A stretch of 64,000 bases of DNA from Octopus vulgaris (GCA_951406725.2 OX597827.1:64728001-64792000), one strand, 5' to 3'; counted from the stretch's first letter, positions 16,152 through 28,846 are shown. Notes: generated by a model not told the origin, from the sequence alone. Made by a program: numbers and translations.

Positions 16152-16421
16152 GTCCAGTAGAGCCCATCAATTGATATCTGAAAAGTTCGATGAAATAACT
16201 CATGAACACTGCGATAACTTCTACCAAAAGATGCTCCGTTACTGTCGACCGGTCTGAACAAGGGGTGATAATAAACGAATGATTCCTTTTCTATTATCTC
16301 CCCTTGTTCAGACCGGTCGATGACGTAAATATGTTGAAGCATATTTTGGTAGAAGCTATCGCAGTGTTCATGAGTTATTTCATCGAACTTTTCAGATATC
16401 AATTGGTGGGCTCTAATGGAC
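16152..16421. repeat. Long hairpin / MITE-like inverted repeat
   Basis: Arms 16152-16273 and 16292-16421 are near-exact reverse complements, with one internal bubble and an 18-nt loop. Confidence 0.9.
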
Positions 16422-17988
16422 AGATTTGTAAATCTGTTCATGAGGATTTACAAATATTAGCAAGATACTTCTGTTCAGCCGCAGGTCATTCCTTGTTTAT
16501 GTCGATCTAAGATTAAGGGGTTTGCAGATGCAAATGCTGCATTTTCTTTTTATAGGAACAGTATTTCTAATATTGCTCTTTCGAATAGCATTTCGACTTT
16601 TAATTTAAATACATTAAGGTATAAACTGAACGAGATGTGACTGCTCTTTCCACCGCAAAGTGTGTAGAGTCTCCTTTATATTGAAATAAGATGTATGGAG
16701 GAAAATAAAGCTAAATATAAATTTAAACAAAATAGAATCTAACTAATAATTTTCATGACAGAAAGTCGCTTCTACAATGGAATAATTTATATTTAAACGG
16801 CATCGGACAAAGAAAAACAGGATAGAAATAAATTGTAATTTATTCATAAAACAGAATTCAATATGGCGTCTTGAATTTCATGATGTGAAAATTATTACTT
16901 ATTTATAATTTTATATAATTTTATATCTAGATTTATTTCTCACAAACTGCGTAGTAAAAAAATAAGGAAAGAAATCAGTAAGTATAGTCATACCTTTCAG
17001 TGGTAAATACATGACAAATTGAATTGACATGTATTTAAAACACACGCACACACACGCGTACACACACACGCGCACACACGCAAACACACGCACGCACGCA
17101 TGCACACACACAAATGTATATATATTTATATATATATAATATGCGTACATTATATATATATATATATATATGTATTATATAAATATAACATTATATAAGA
17201 CAATATATATATATATTATATCCTATATATAACATATATATCAAATGCATACATATATGTATATTTGTATATATATATATGAATATATATATATATATAT
17301 ATAATATAAATGTAAATAATGAAATGCATACATACATTTATATATATGCATACATGCATATACATACATATGTACATACATACACACACACACACATATA
17401 TACATAAATATAGATAGATACACACACACATATGTATGAGTTATAGAAGTTATGCAACCAATCAAATTTACATCGGTTGGAAGAATGTTGAAAAAGAGAA
17501 GGAAGAAAAGCTTTCAAATGCAGGAACCAAAGGAATTGTTCTTGCTAACCTTTACACATGTAGAGGCACCGCTGAGGCGAAAGACATGTAAAATGGCCGA
17601 TAAATAACCATCTCTGTTTTCTTAACTATAATGTCGGTTGCATAGTTACGCAACATAGTTTATCTTTTGGGTATCATTTGATAACGCTTATAATGGGAGA
17701 GCACAATTTATACATATACAAACGACACACGCACAGGTACACTTTTGAATAAATATGCATATACATACATGCATACATACACACATATATACATGTAAAT
17801 ATATTTACATACATGTATATAAATACATATATATAAACATACGTATATATGCATATATATATGTATGCATATATATATATACATATATATGTGTGTATAT
17901 ATATGTACATATATATATATACATATCTATATGTATATATATGTATATATATATTTACATATATATATACACACACACATATATATAT

Positions 17989-18024
<36 letters not shown>

Positions 18025-18141
18025 GTCCATATCCATATGTATCTATGCATGATTTTATGATTGTGTGCTATATAAATATTTATATACATGTGTGTATGTG
18101 TGTGTACATTTTTGTGTCCGTATTACATACGTATATATATT

Positions 18142-18181
<40 letters not shown>

Positions 18182-18192
18182 TATATAAAATG

Positions 18193-18235
<43 letters not shown>

Positions 18236-18625
18236 TGCATATATATGTAGAAATTACTTCCATAACTACACACACACAGGCACAAACCTGTTTAGGGTTA
18301 TCAGTAGTATACAGTCGTATGTCGCTTTTATACACAATTTAAATAGAGAAATCAATACAACCAGCATGTAGAGAATATATGATTAATATTGTTTATTCTT
18401 GCAATTTATAAAGCGTTTCAGCCCTAAGGAATCATCTGAGAATACAAGATGATATTGCGAATAACAGCTCAATATATATATGTATCCTTGTCTTACTAAA
18501 GAACCAAAAGACCTACATGTAACGAAACAGAATATGTAAGTGAAAACCAACGCCTTTCAATACGACAAATCGTGACCGTGTGTGAAACGTACGATGACCT
18601 CCCAATATAATCGACATTTAGATGG

Positions 18626-18662
<37 letters not shown>

Positions 18663-18750
18663 GGAGTAAACACATAAATGTGAAACAAGGTGGAAAAAAG
18701 AGTACTCAAGTACAAGTAATATGCTTTATTTAAAGCAGCAGAAAATTCAA

Positions 18751-18800
18751 CAAAACCTGTTACTCTGAGTTTCACGTTCCCGTTCGTCGGACAGTTTTTG
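18751..18800 (-). ncRNA. Type I hammerhead-like motif (variant core CCGACGA)
   Basis: Minus: caaaaactgt CCGACGA acg-ggaa-cgt GAAA ctc-a-gag TA acaggttttg. Stems I, II (GNRA loop) and III all pair; GUA cleavage triplet. Confidence 0.75.
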
Positions 18801-18832
18801 CTAGAATTGAATTTTCTGCTGCTTTAAATAAA

Positions 18833-18867
<35 letters not shown>

Positions 18868-18872
18868 AAATG

Positions 18873-19758
18873 ATAAATAAAACATATGCATATATACATA
18901 CATATATGTACGTACCTACATCTATATGTATATATACATGCATATATGGGTACAGGGCACCAAAAAACGTCGAACACAATGAGAAACGAAAACATAAACA
19001 CAAAATCAAGGAAATGGTCATTTTTCTTAAACAACGAAAAAAAAGAGTACAAGATATACAACACAAAGAATATTCCCCTTCTTCAGCCGCCTCTGTTTCA
19101 TCTACTCCACGTTCGAAGGTAAAGACGAGACACGACTTCGTTGAAATAGTACTTCCCGCAAAAGCGAATTAAATAAAATTTGAGATTTTTTTTGTGGAGG
19201 GTAAAAATGGACAGTAAAAACAATGCAAAATATAAACAGTAAAAGACAGGACAAGGAGAATAACAGTAACTCGAACATTGAGGGCTGTTAAGCCAGATCG
19301 AATGAAAAAATATTTTGAATGCTTTGAGGATGGCAAAGAGAGACAGAGAAAGCCATCCACACTTGAAGGAAGCCAGGTCGGAAAGACAGTAGTAGCCTTC
19401 TCATCGCGTGTCAGCGACGGCAGGGAGGAAGATGAGTAAGAGAAAGGGGAAGAGAAAAAGGGAAGGGTTGTAGAGAAAACCAGAAAGAATGAAGGATGAG
19501 AGAGGGAGGGGAAGAGAAAGGTTAAGAGTGCGCACCATTATTAATATTAAGATAAAACTTACTTAGAAGTGGATGCGCGCGTTCTGTCGTAAAATAACAA
19601 ATTAATAAATAAAACATATGCATATATTCATACATATATGTACGTACCTACATCTATATGTATATATACATGCATATATGGGTACAGGACACAAAAAAAC
19701 ATGTCGAACACAATGAGAAACGAAAACATAAACACAAAGGAAATGGACATTTTTCTTA

Positions 19759-19764
<6 letters not shown>
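18873..19764. mobile_element. Unclassified repeat with ~160 bp direct repeats (Penelope pLTR-like layout)
   Basis: 18873-19035 is repeated at 19605-19764 with few differences. Confidence 0.6.
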
Positions 19765-19790
<26 letters not shown>

Positions 19791-19792
<2 letters not shown>

Positions 19793-20173
19793 CAACAATA
19801 AAGGAACGGCCATAATAGGCCATTCACCCACTAGAAATAACAGCCAAAGCTTCAACCGCAAATAAAAGTTAATTCAGTAAACCAGGAGAAAATTTAAAAA
19901 ACATTTACCCTGTAATTTCTTATACGATATACCGTTTCATCTGCTGATTAATGGTAAACTAACCTGATTAAATTAAATCAAGCCAATCTTCCACACTTTT
20001 ATTTGCGGTTGAAGCTTTGGCTGTTATTTCTAGTGGGTGAATGGCCTATTATGGCCGTTCCTTTATTGTTGATGTTGAACTTAAAAATGGTCTTTGACTA
20101 TTTTAATTTTTTCCTACTAGGCCGCTGGTGGCAAAAGAATTCTACAAAATTTTTTTTTGCCACCCTATATTGA

Positions 20174-20178
<5 letters not shown>
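19791..20178. mobile_element. Inverted-repeat element in (TA)n with partial hammerhead in spacer
   Basis: Perfect 79-bp arms 19791-19869 and 19995-20073. The spacer (minus) has GAAA cggtatatcg TA and a truncated GAAGA at the arm junction. Confidence 0.7.
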
Positions 20179-20229
<51 letters not shown>

Positions 20230-20369
20230 AAAATTAATGGATATCTCTTTAATGCTAATACCGCTTGCTACCACTAATGTTATTGCTATTATTATTTACA
20301 TCAATGTCGCTGATAATAATAACATTTTTACGGTATAGGTTTTGAATATTTATTCATTCTATATATATG

Positions 20370-20419
<50 letters not shown>

Positions 20420-20472
20420 TCATTGGACTGCGCCCATATATATATATATATATTATATATATATATATATTT

Positions 20473-20603
20473 ATTATATAGAAGGAGCTTCTACAGGACT
20501 AGAACTGTTTCATTCAAGAGAAATCTTCAGGAAGCTCAGAGCTTCCTGAAGATTTCTCTTGAATGAAACAGTTCTAGTCCTGTAGAAGCTCCTTCTATAT
20601 AAT
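20473..20603. repeat. Perfect 131-bp palindrome (65-bp arms, 1-nt centre at 20538)
   Basis: Arms checked base by base. Confidence 0.97.
20539..20591 (+). ncRNA. Type I hammerhead-like motif (mirror copy on minus, 20485-20537)
   Basis: gagcttc CTGAAGA t-ttc-tctt-gaa-t GAAA cag-ttctagtc-ctg TA gaagctc. 7-bp stem I, canonical core, GUA site after 20584; U-U mismatch at the base of stem II. Confidence 0.75.
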
Positions 20604-20673
20604 GAATTAATTTTACTCTGCTATGTATTGAGTACCTTATTTACTGTGGTTAACCCCGAATCAACCCGGGACC

Positions 20674-20714
<41 letters not shown>

Positions 20715-21399
20715 TAGTTTTCCGCCTTGAAGAATTTATAGTCGAATGAATCAACCCCGGAACTTGTTTGTTTAAGACCTGGTACTTTCAGCCTTTGGAC
20801 TGCAAACAAGCTGGATCGGCACCTTGAAGGAAGATGTAGACTTATTAAATTGTGGTATTATTCTATCGGTTTTTTAAACCAAACCTCTAAGCTACGGCTA
20901 CGTAAACAACTCAATATCGGTTAAGCAGTGGTAGGGGAGAAATACAAAGACACTCACACACACCCACACATATGTATTCAAATATGAACGAGAAGCAGCC
21001 TGAGCAACATAAACAATAACGAACATTCATGTACAAGGTATGTGTTTTGCATGTTCGTGGGCAGGCTGCGATTTATAGGCTTGAGAGAAAAGTTTCTCGT
21101 GAATACGCCTGGTGTAAAAATACCTGGAAGTCATAGACAAGCGAAGTAACTCACACCAGGTCCCGTTTGCAGGAGTGGTAGACATTAATGTTCCGTCATC
21201 TTTGCGACTTATTAATACCACGTTACCAAAACGACGTAAGCTAAATCGCTCGCATTGACTATATGCGAAACTGAGTGAGAACAAATCGATGGCGTGTCCC
21301 AACGTTTCATACCAAGAACATAGTTACTGTGAAGTCAACAACATGCAACAGGTGTAGAAGAAAATAAAAGAAAATACGTCGAAGAAACAAAAAACAAAA

Positions 21400-21830
21400 G
21401 TCACAGATCAATGAACAACAAAGATCTATAAGTTTTATGCACAGGAAAAACAGAAGTCTTTGATGTTTCGGGCTTACGCTCTTCTATAGAAAGGAATGAG
21501 GTGGGGGGAAGAGAAAAGATGGAGAGAAGAAAAACTAGAGAAGAAAAAATCTCCTGTGTAGTTGTATTTTGTGAAAAAACACAATGTACATCAGAGCTAG
21601 GCGAAATGAAATAGCTTTGTATGTGCCCGTCAGAGTGACAGATACGCATTTCACCGTTTTTGCGGCCTATCAATGTCAGATGTCTGTGACACTTCGTAAA
21701 CAAAGTGGAATGGGTCAGTCTGTAGTATATACAGACTGTGTATAAACGGCAGTAATTTGCAATGACGCCGCAGAAGCAGAATAAAATTCGGATTATGCAA
21801 TAAAAGTAGATGGTGAGTAAAATAATTTAC
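21400..21830 (-). pseudogene. Possible decayed Penelope-like 3' end (GIY-YIG remnant plus degenerate hammerhead)
   Basis: SLYILQTD resembles YIGQTG; downstream TAGAAGA gcgtaagccc GAAA catc at ~21462-21487. Heavily degraded. Confidence 0.35.
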
Positions 21831-22519
21831 ATAAATACATGTGTGCATTTGGGTACGTATGTACGGTTGTATGTAGGATATTCTTTAGAATAATGGGAGT
21901 AAAAATGATTCTATAAAACGATTTGAAGTTTGAAATTTTATAAACTGCAAGCCAAAATGAAGCCAATACTAAGGATGGATAACAACAGGATTCCTACTAT
22001 ATTCTACTGACTGAGATCCGTGAATATGAGCAATTGGATTCTATAAATAAACATATGAATAAATTGAACGATTCTGGAAAAAAAAAAAAAATGGAAATAA
22101 TCACGGAGAAAAAAAAAATTAACGAAATCTAAACTTTTATTCTTGAAAAAGTGAATGAGAAAATGTTGAGCAACATGCCTACGATTTGCATTCTTGAAAG
22201 AAAAAAATTGTGAAAATGGGAAAAAGTGAAGAAAGAAAGATTGCTGTTTTGTAAGAAATTGTAGAATGTTCATTGTACATATAAGTTACACTTCGTAGAT
22301 AGCATGAAATGTAAAAATACTGAAAAATGACAAATATGTGATGTTGCATGGAGACTAATACAGGTGATGTTGTTTGGAGACTAATACAGGTGAACACAAT
22401 AATAATGTAGAGTTTATAATATTGTTTCGCACATAGATACAAGGTTTGAAATTTGGAGAAAGGGGCTACCTGAATACTCGGATCTTAGCAGCTGACCGGT
22501 CTTTATTTTATCGAAACCG

Positions 22520-22756
22520 GATAAGTGCATCGGTTGTCAAGCGATGGTGGGGAACAAACACACACATACACACACATACACAAACACAGATACATACAGC
22601 GGGCTTCTTTCAGTTTCCATCTTCCAAATCCACCCACAAGGTTTTGGTCGTCCCCAGGCTATAGTAGAAAACCCTTGCCCAGGTGCTACGCAGGGGACTG
22701 AACTCGGAATCATGTGACTGGTTAACAAGCTACTTTACACACAGCCACTCCTGCGT
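22520..22756 (-). mobile_element. SINE family A (5' half)
   Basis: CATCGGTTGTCAAGCGATG...GGGCTTCTTTCAGTTTCC...CAGCCACTCCTGCG. Confidence 0.85.
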
Positions 22757-22809
22757 ATATATATATATATATCTGTAAATATAATATGTGACAATTATTC
22801 GGTAGCCAT

Positions 22810-22870
22810 GATAAAACTCCGAGTTTCGGATGTCGGGGCGGAAACCCACGCCGGCATCTCTTCCGTTATC
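22810..22870 (-). ncRNA. Type I hammerhead-like motif with long stem II (core CGGAAGA)
   Basis: Minus: gataa CGGAAGA gatgccggcgtgg-gttt-ccgccccgacatcc GAAA ctc-g-gag TT ttatc. All three stems pair; one core substitution (U4G). Confidence 0.62.
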
Positions 22871-25250
22871 GAGCCATCGAAAAGACTGCTATGAAAATGA
22901 CCGTTAAAAAAAAAATATATATAAGCAATGTTTTGGTTAGTTGAAATACGTTTGTGACATATTTCAACCGCTAAAATATTTTAACTAACCTACACACATT
23001 TCTCAACTAACCTAAACTTTGCTTCTGCCTAAACACTGCTTCTTGGCGCTAAAAATACGGTAATTTCCGCGACCTCGGTGGTCAGTGTTGTTGATTGTAT
23101 TTTAGTTAAAGGCACAGCTGGATTAGATCTCTGCAGAGTTGTCTCTCTTCGGTCTTTCCCATTGATAACAACTATACAGACCTAGAAACAACGACGTCTG
23201 AGAATCCTGACAGGCGGCGACATCGAGTAGACATGGTGTTTTCACACTTTTTTTTTAGAACAAAAGAGAATTTTTCTCGTTAACTGCAAGGAATTTGCCG
23301 TTTAGCAGCTAAAATATGTCACAAACTAGGCACCCTTTGATATGTTTCTTTTGCGCTCCTTTAATCCAACATATTTTCTTCGACTGTACACTTAGTTATA
23401 ATCATAACAGTATATTTATGATCCTTTGCTATCTCTCAGGTTTCACCTTTACTTTCAGTCAGTATCGCGCAGTTTTTTTATTAAATGACATCCGACGTTT
23501 CTTCACGCTTTCAGATTTTCGAAATTCATCATATATTTTTTTTTCTCCAAGCTTAACGAAAATATGCTCTTCGACCTGACATCATGCACTTTTTGTAGAT
23601 TACCATTTCGCTTTTCTTTTATTTTGCAAGATTATTTATTTTCCATACATTATTAATTTCTTTTATTTCTCTATATTTAAACATTTTTTAATATTTATTT
23701 AGATGTCTTCCACTACAGTAAGGCCTTATAAATGCTTTTCGTTTTTATTAAAATAGTATCTGCATTATAGCGATATCTCTATTATATGCTTTAATGCTAA
23801 TTAGTCGTTATTTACTAATTAAACTTAAAGGATGTTCTACTTATTTCTACACAAAACTGTTCCCAAATATTCACTGTTAAGAATCACACATATTCTGTTG
23901 TTCTTCCTACTTCGTTTGTCATTGAATGGTTTAGTTTCCTCTGGCAGTTTATTAAATTTTAACTTTGAAAAACGATTTAATGTACTGATTTTTCTTTGCA
24001 TGACATTAACACTTTTCTTCTATATTAACTCAGACATTGAAATCACCTTATCTTGAATGGATATAACAATTTCTCACGATTCTTAACTATGTTTTCGCAT
24101 TTTCACTACTTAATATATATGTATTACAAAGTAAAATTGGAAAATACCGCACGAGTGAAAATATATAGGGGATAGGATTTGAAAAGGCAAATGTCTTTTA
24201 AAGATGTTTATTGAAACGATCGGTTTCACTGCTTTTTTAAAAAAAGATTTTCAAAAGTAAAGTGTAAGGCTTTGGGAAGCCTTTGTGGTATTAAAAATTA
24301 GTTAACATATATGTTTTAAAATACAGTGATAGTGTCTTTGACAATGATAAGAAAATTTTATGGTTTATAAAAATAAGTACTGCGGGCGATTTATTCGATT
24401 GAACCCTTCGAGGTGGTTCTTCAGGATGTCTGCTTTCCAGTGACTAAAACAAGTAAAAGATAAAAGGTATATAATTATATATATGCGTGTCTGTCTATCG
24501 TCTTGCCGTAGGAAACATGCCGTATATGACGATGGTGTGTGTTGCTCTGTCAAGATTTTGACAGGTTTTCTTGAATAGCATATTTCCTGTTGTTTATTGT
24601 TATCCTTTCTATCATGCCAACTTTATACGACGTTCGTAAATTTCGCTGATAAATCTACCGCTAGATTGTCCGCCATTAACAGAATTATCACCATCAGCAC
24701 TACCACCAATCGCCATCGCCGACACCAACGGCAGCACCACTTCCACCACCACCACCACCAACAACAAAAGCAATCGACCAATCTTAATGCCAGTAACTTC
24801 TTACCACCATCTTATCTTGCTTCTCTTAAATAACATAAATCAACTGCATTTAGCATTAGCCGTGTCATTGTATTTCACAAAAGCCTTTGACTTTCCTTTA
24901 AAAATAAAACTATTCTTCATTCTACTTATTTTTCTCATTCTTTCTTTCTTACTAATACAGGAAATATACGTAGGAAAAAAAAATACCTATTTTGTTGTTG
25001 GTATTTTAAAATAATTTTTTGTTATATTTTAATCCGAGAAAATAGCCATAATCCTCCCATCTGTTTAATTGATGACACTGCATACAAAGCATATCAAAAA
25101 ACGATTCTTTTATCTCATCGCGCATGCATTCTTTTGCATTTTTCCCCATTCATATATATATATATATATATATATAGATAGATAGATAGATACACCCATT
25201 TATATGTATATATAAATATATATATATATATTTATATTTATATAGGTATG

Positions 25251-25336
<86 letters not shown>

Positions 25337-25909
25337 TATTACGTAGCAGTGATTCCCGAACAAAGAAGCATGTGTCACAAAGGACTAAGGCAATATTCTA
25401 ATTCCAAGAAAAAAATGAATTGCTCACCTCAAAATCGTTGTCACCTCTCACTTGCAACGTCTACTTCATATACAAAACAGATCCATAATTTTCAAACGTT
25501 TTTTTTAGCTTCTTTTTCCGCAGCATGTCGGTTTTATCTATATATTTTTTTTTCTCATTTATTCTGACTTATTTGTGATCCTGCAGCAGTGAAATATATA
25601 TATATGTATAAAAAGGCAATATTTTTTATATTCTTCAGAAATGTATTGCTTGAGACAACTGACATTTCTCACTTGCGTTGTCTACTTCAGCAGTTCTCAA
25701 ATTTCTTTTTAAAAATCATCCATTTTCTTGGGGGTGTGATGCGCTTTGGCTGAGCCATTTTGGCGCCGTCCATTTGGCATTGTGGATTCGAACCTGGACA
25801 TTCGATGTTTGAATATTTCTTTCATTGTCTTCCCGTTCTATCTCACTCACTCACTCACTCAGTCTGTCTGTCTGTCTATGTCTCTTTCTCTCTCCCTCCC
25901 TCTCTCTCT

Positions 25910-26125
25910 GGTGTTGAACTGACAGGTTCGTTTTCGCGCCGGGCAAGTTGCTTCGCAGTATTTCGTCTGTCTTTTCGCTTTGAGTTCAAATTCCGCCGAA
26001 GTCGACTTTGATTTTTATTCTTTCAGGGCCGATAAAATATGTAGCAGTTGCGCACTGGGGTCGATGTAATCGACTGACCTCACCCCCACGAAATTTCTGG
26101 CCTTGTGCAAAAACTTGAAGTCAAT
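25910..26125 (+). mobile_element. SINE family B-related, diverged
   Basis: GTATTTCGTCTGTC...GAGTTCAAATTCCGCCGAAGTCGACTTTG...GCACTGGGGTCGATGTAATCGAC. Confidence 0.8.
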
Positions 26126-26354
26126 ATTGTCTTTCTTCTCCCTCCCCCTTTCTATCTATATGTGTATATTTCGGCAAGCACGTAATTTAGTGCTGACTTC
26201 TTCTGCAAGCCACGTTGGGCAATTCTCTTCAACTAAAGCCTCACGACGAACCAGGACGGTCATAGCTGGAACGCCTAATCTACTGGACTTGAGTAGATGT
26301 GGAGACTAAAGCTACATATTAAATAAACTTTGGGTTTTGTATTTTCCATAAGCA

Positions 26355-26775
26355 TAAGCGTAGGAGTGGCTGTGTGGTAAGTAGCTTGCTTACCAACCAC
26401 ATGGTTCCGGGTTCAGTCCCACTGCGTGGCACCTTGGGTAAGTGTCTTCTACTATAGCCTCGGGCCGACCAAAGCCTTGTGAGTGGATTTGGTAGACGGA
26501 AACTGAAAGAAGCCCGTCGTATATATGTATATATATATGTATATGTGTGCGAGTATGTTTGTGTGTCTGTGTTTGTCCCCCTAGCATTGCTTGACAACCG
26601 ATGCTGTTGTGTTTATGTCCCCGTCACTTAGCGGTTCGGCAAAAAAGACTGATAGAATAAATACTGGTCTTACAAAGAATAAGTCCCAGGGTAGATTTGC
26701 TCGACTAAAGGCGGTGCTCCAGCATGGCCGCAGTCAAGTGACTGAAACAAGTAAAAGAGTAAAGAGTAAAAGAAA
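26355..26775 (+). mobile_element. SINE family A, full length, near consensus
   Basis: GGAGTGGCTGTGTGGTAAG (A box), GGTTCAGTCCC (B box), CACCTTGGGTAAGTG (CORE-like), internal TA/TG tract, tail (GAGTAAA)n. Confidence 0.95.
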
Positions 26776-26904
26776 GAGAATCCCAAATTAAATACGGGAT
26801 AGTCATAGTTAGAAGCTCGTCTGAATGTCAGTCAACATGGTTATTACTCACCTTAAACATCCACATTAGAAAACAAGACCCGTTTGGTATACTGCTGTCT
26901 ACTA

Positions 26905-27130
26905 GAGTGAAGGTACCTACCCAAGTGGTTGGAGTATTGCACTCTTGATCGTAAGACCTTGATATGATTCCCGAACTGGGTGGTGCGTTATATTCGTGAG
27001 CAAAGTATTTCATTGCACCCTGTTTCAGTTCATTGAGTTGTTAATAAGTTCAGGGAACTTCGCAACTGATTTATATGCCACGAAAATAGGTTAACTTCCG
27101 TTCTTATAAGCCCTAGGTGCTATTGCTAGT
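26905..27130 (+). mobile_element. Old SINE with D-type head and V-like tail
   Basis: GTGAAGG...AGTGGTT...GATTCCCGAACTGGG head; ATGCCACGAAAATAGG...CTTATAAG tail. Confidence 0.5.
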
Positions 27131-27179
27131 CCACGTCACTCTGTAAGGGGCATAAGGTCAATCACCCGGTTACTCTGAC

Positions 27180-27233
<54 letters not shown>

Positions 27234-27234
27234 A

Positions 27235-27374
27235 TGTGGGTAGAAGCTTGTTTCCCAACCACATGATTCCGGGTTCAGTCCCGCTGTAACTTGGGTGTGT
27301 TCTAAACTAACATCGGGATGACCAAAGCCATGTGAGTGTATCTGAAAGAAGCCCGTCGTATACACTCACACACA

Positions 27375-27429
<55 letters not shown>

Positions 27430-27600
27430 GTATTATTTGTGTCTATGTTTGTCCCGCCACGCCATTGCTTGACAACCGATGCTGGTTCGTTTACGTCCCC
27501 GAAACCTAGCGGCTCGGTAAAAGAGGCCGATTGAATAAGTACTAGGCTTACAAAGAATAAGTCGTGGGGCCGATATTTGTTCGACTAGAGGCTGAAACAA
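27235..27600 (+). mobile_element. SINE family A with deletions and internal (CA)n
   Basis: AACCACATGATTCCGGGTTCAGTCCC...GCTTGACAACCGATGCTGG...CTAGGCTTACAAAGAATAAGTC. Confidence 0.85.
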
Positions 27601-27607
27601 GGAAATA

Positions 27608-27676
<69 letters not shown>

Positions 27677-27685
27677 ACATATATA

Positions 27686-27909
27686 TATTTCTTTACTGCC
27701 CACAAGGGGCTAAACATAGAGGGGACAAACAAGGACAGACAAAGGGATTAAGTCGATTACATCGACCCCAGTGCGTAACTGGTACTTAATTTATCGACCC
27801 CGAAAGGATGAAAGGCAAAGTCGACCTCGGCGAAATTTGAACTCAGAACGTAACGGCAGACGAAATACGGCTACGCATTTCGCCCGGCACGCTAACGTCT
27901 CTGCCAGCT
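27686..27909 (-). mobile_element. SINE family B inserted in (TA)n
   Basis: Near-consensus copy with (TA)n on both sides. Confidence 0.92.
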
Positions 27910-28724
27910 ATATATATATATATATAGTCCTCCGTGAATGGGACGCCGGTCCGTCGTATGATTACTCATTTCTCCCGTTTTATCTCACTCACCCAGTGTG
28001 TCTATCTGTCTGTGTGTCTGTCTATGTCTCTGGTTCTCTCTCTTTCCTGTCTCTCTCTGGTGTTGAACTGGCAGGGTTTTTTTTCTCAAAAACAGAACAT
28101 ATAACCCGGATCAGGAATCGAAACCGCAATCTTACGATCATAAGCCCAACACGCTAACCATCAAGACATACACATCCACCCTACAACTCCTGACTTAAAT
28201 CCAAATTATATTTAATAGAGAAACCCGATCGAAGCTAGGTAGTCGAGATGAGCATGGTGGAAGCATTTTTCAATATGTCAGTCCGGGACCAAATATACTG
28301 TAAAGAAAACAAATGCTGTTTAACAGGTTTAACGCTGAAATGCTGGGCAATCTAAGCTACGTGGTAACATATAGTACAGTAAGTATGGGAAGGATTATTC
28401 TGATAACCTTTTGGCAGTTTTGGTAAAATGCCATTATTCCAGACGTATGTTTACGTAGAAGTTACAGTTAATTTTTACTTAGGAGATGGGTTGGTGGGGC
28501 AAAGAGAGGGTGAGAGAGATAGAGATAGAGAATAAGTGAGAGATAGATAGTGAGGGTGAGAGAGAGAGAGAGAGAGAGAGAGAAAGGGAAAGAGAGGGGA
28601 GAGCTGGAGAGAAAGAAGGGGAGAGGTTAGTCATTGGCTGACGAACATTTTTGGCAAGATTTCTAGCAGAAACAAAACAAAAAAAAAATGAAAATGCGAA
28701 GAGACAAAATATAGATATACTGAT

Positions 28725-28810
28725 GCATGTGATGATGATGACGATGATGATGATGATGATGATGATAGTGGTGGTGATGGTGGTGGTGGTGGTGGTTGTG
28801 ATGTGATGAC

Positions 28811-28846
<36 letters not shown>

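Noticed and set aside
17445-17590. Short open stretch (QIYIGWKNVEKEKEEK...)
   Set aside because: No recognisable domain or splice signals; cannot call an exon.
18405-18445. Minus CAGATGA...GAAACGC (similar weak cases at ~19100-19150, ~24200-24260, ~31280-31315)
   Set aside because: Possibly very old hammerhead relics, but core and stems are too degenerate to support.
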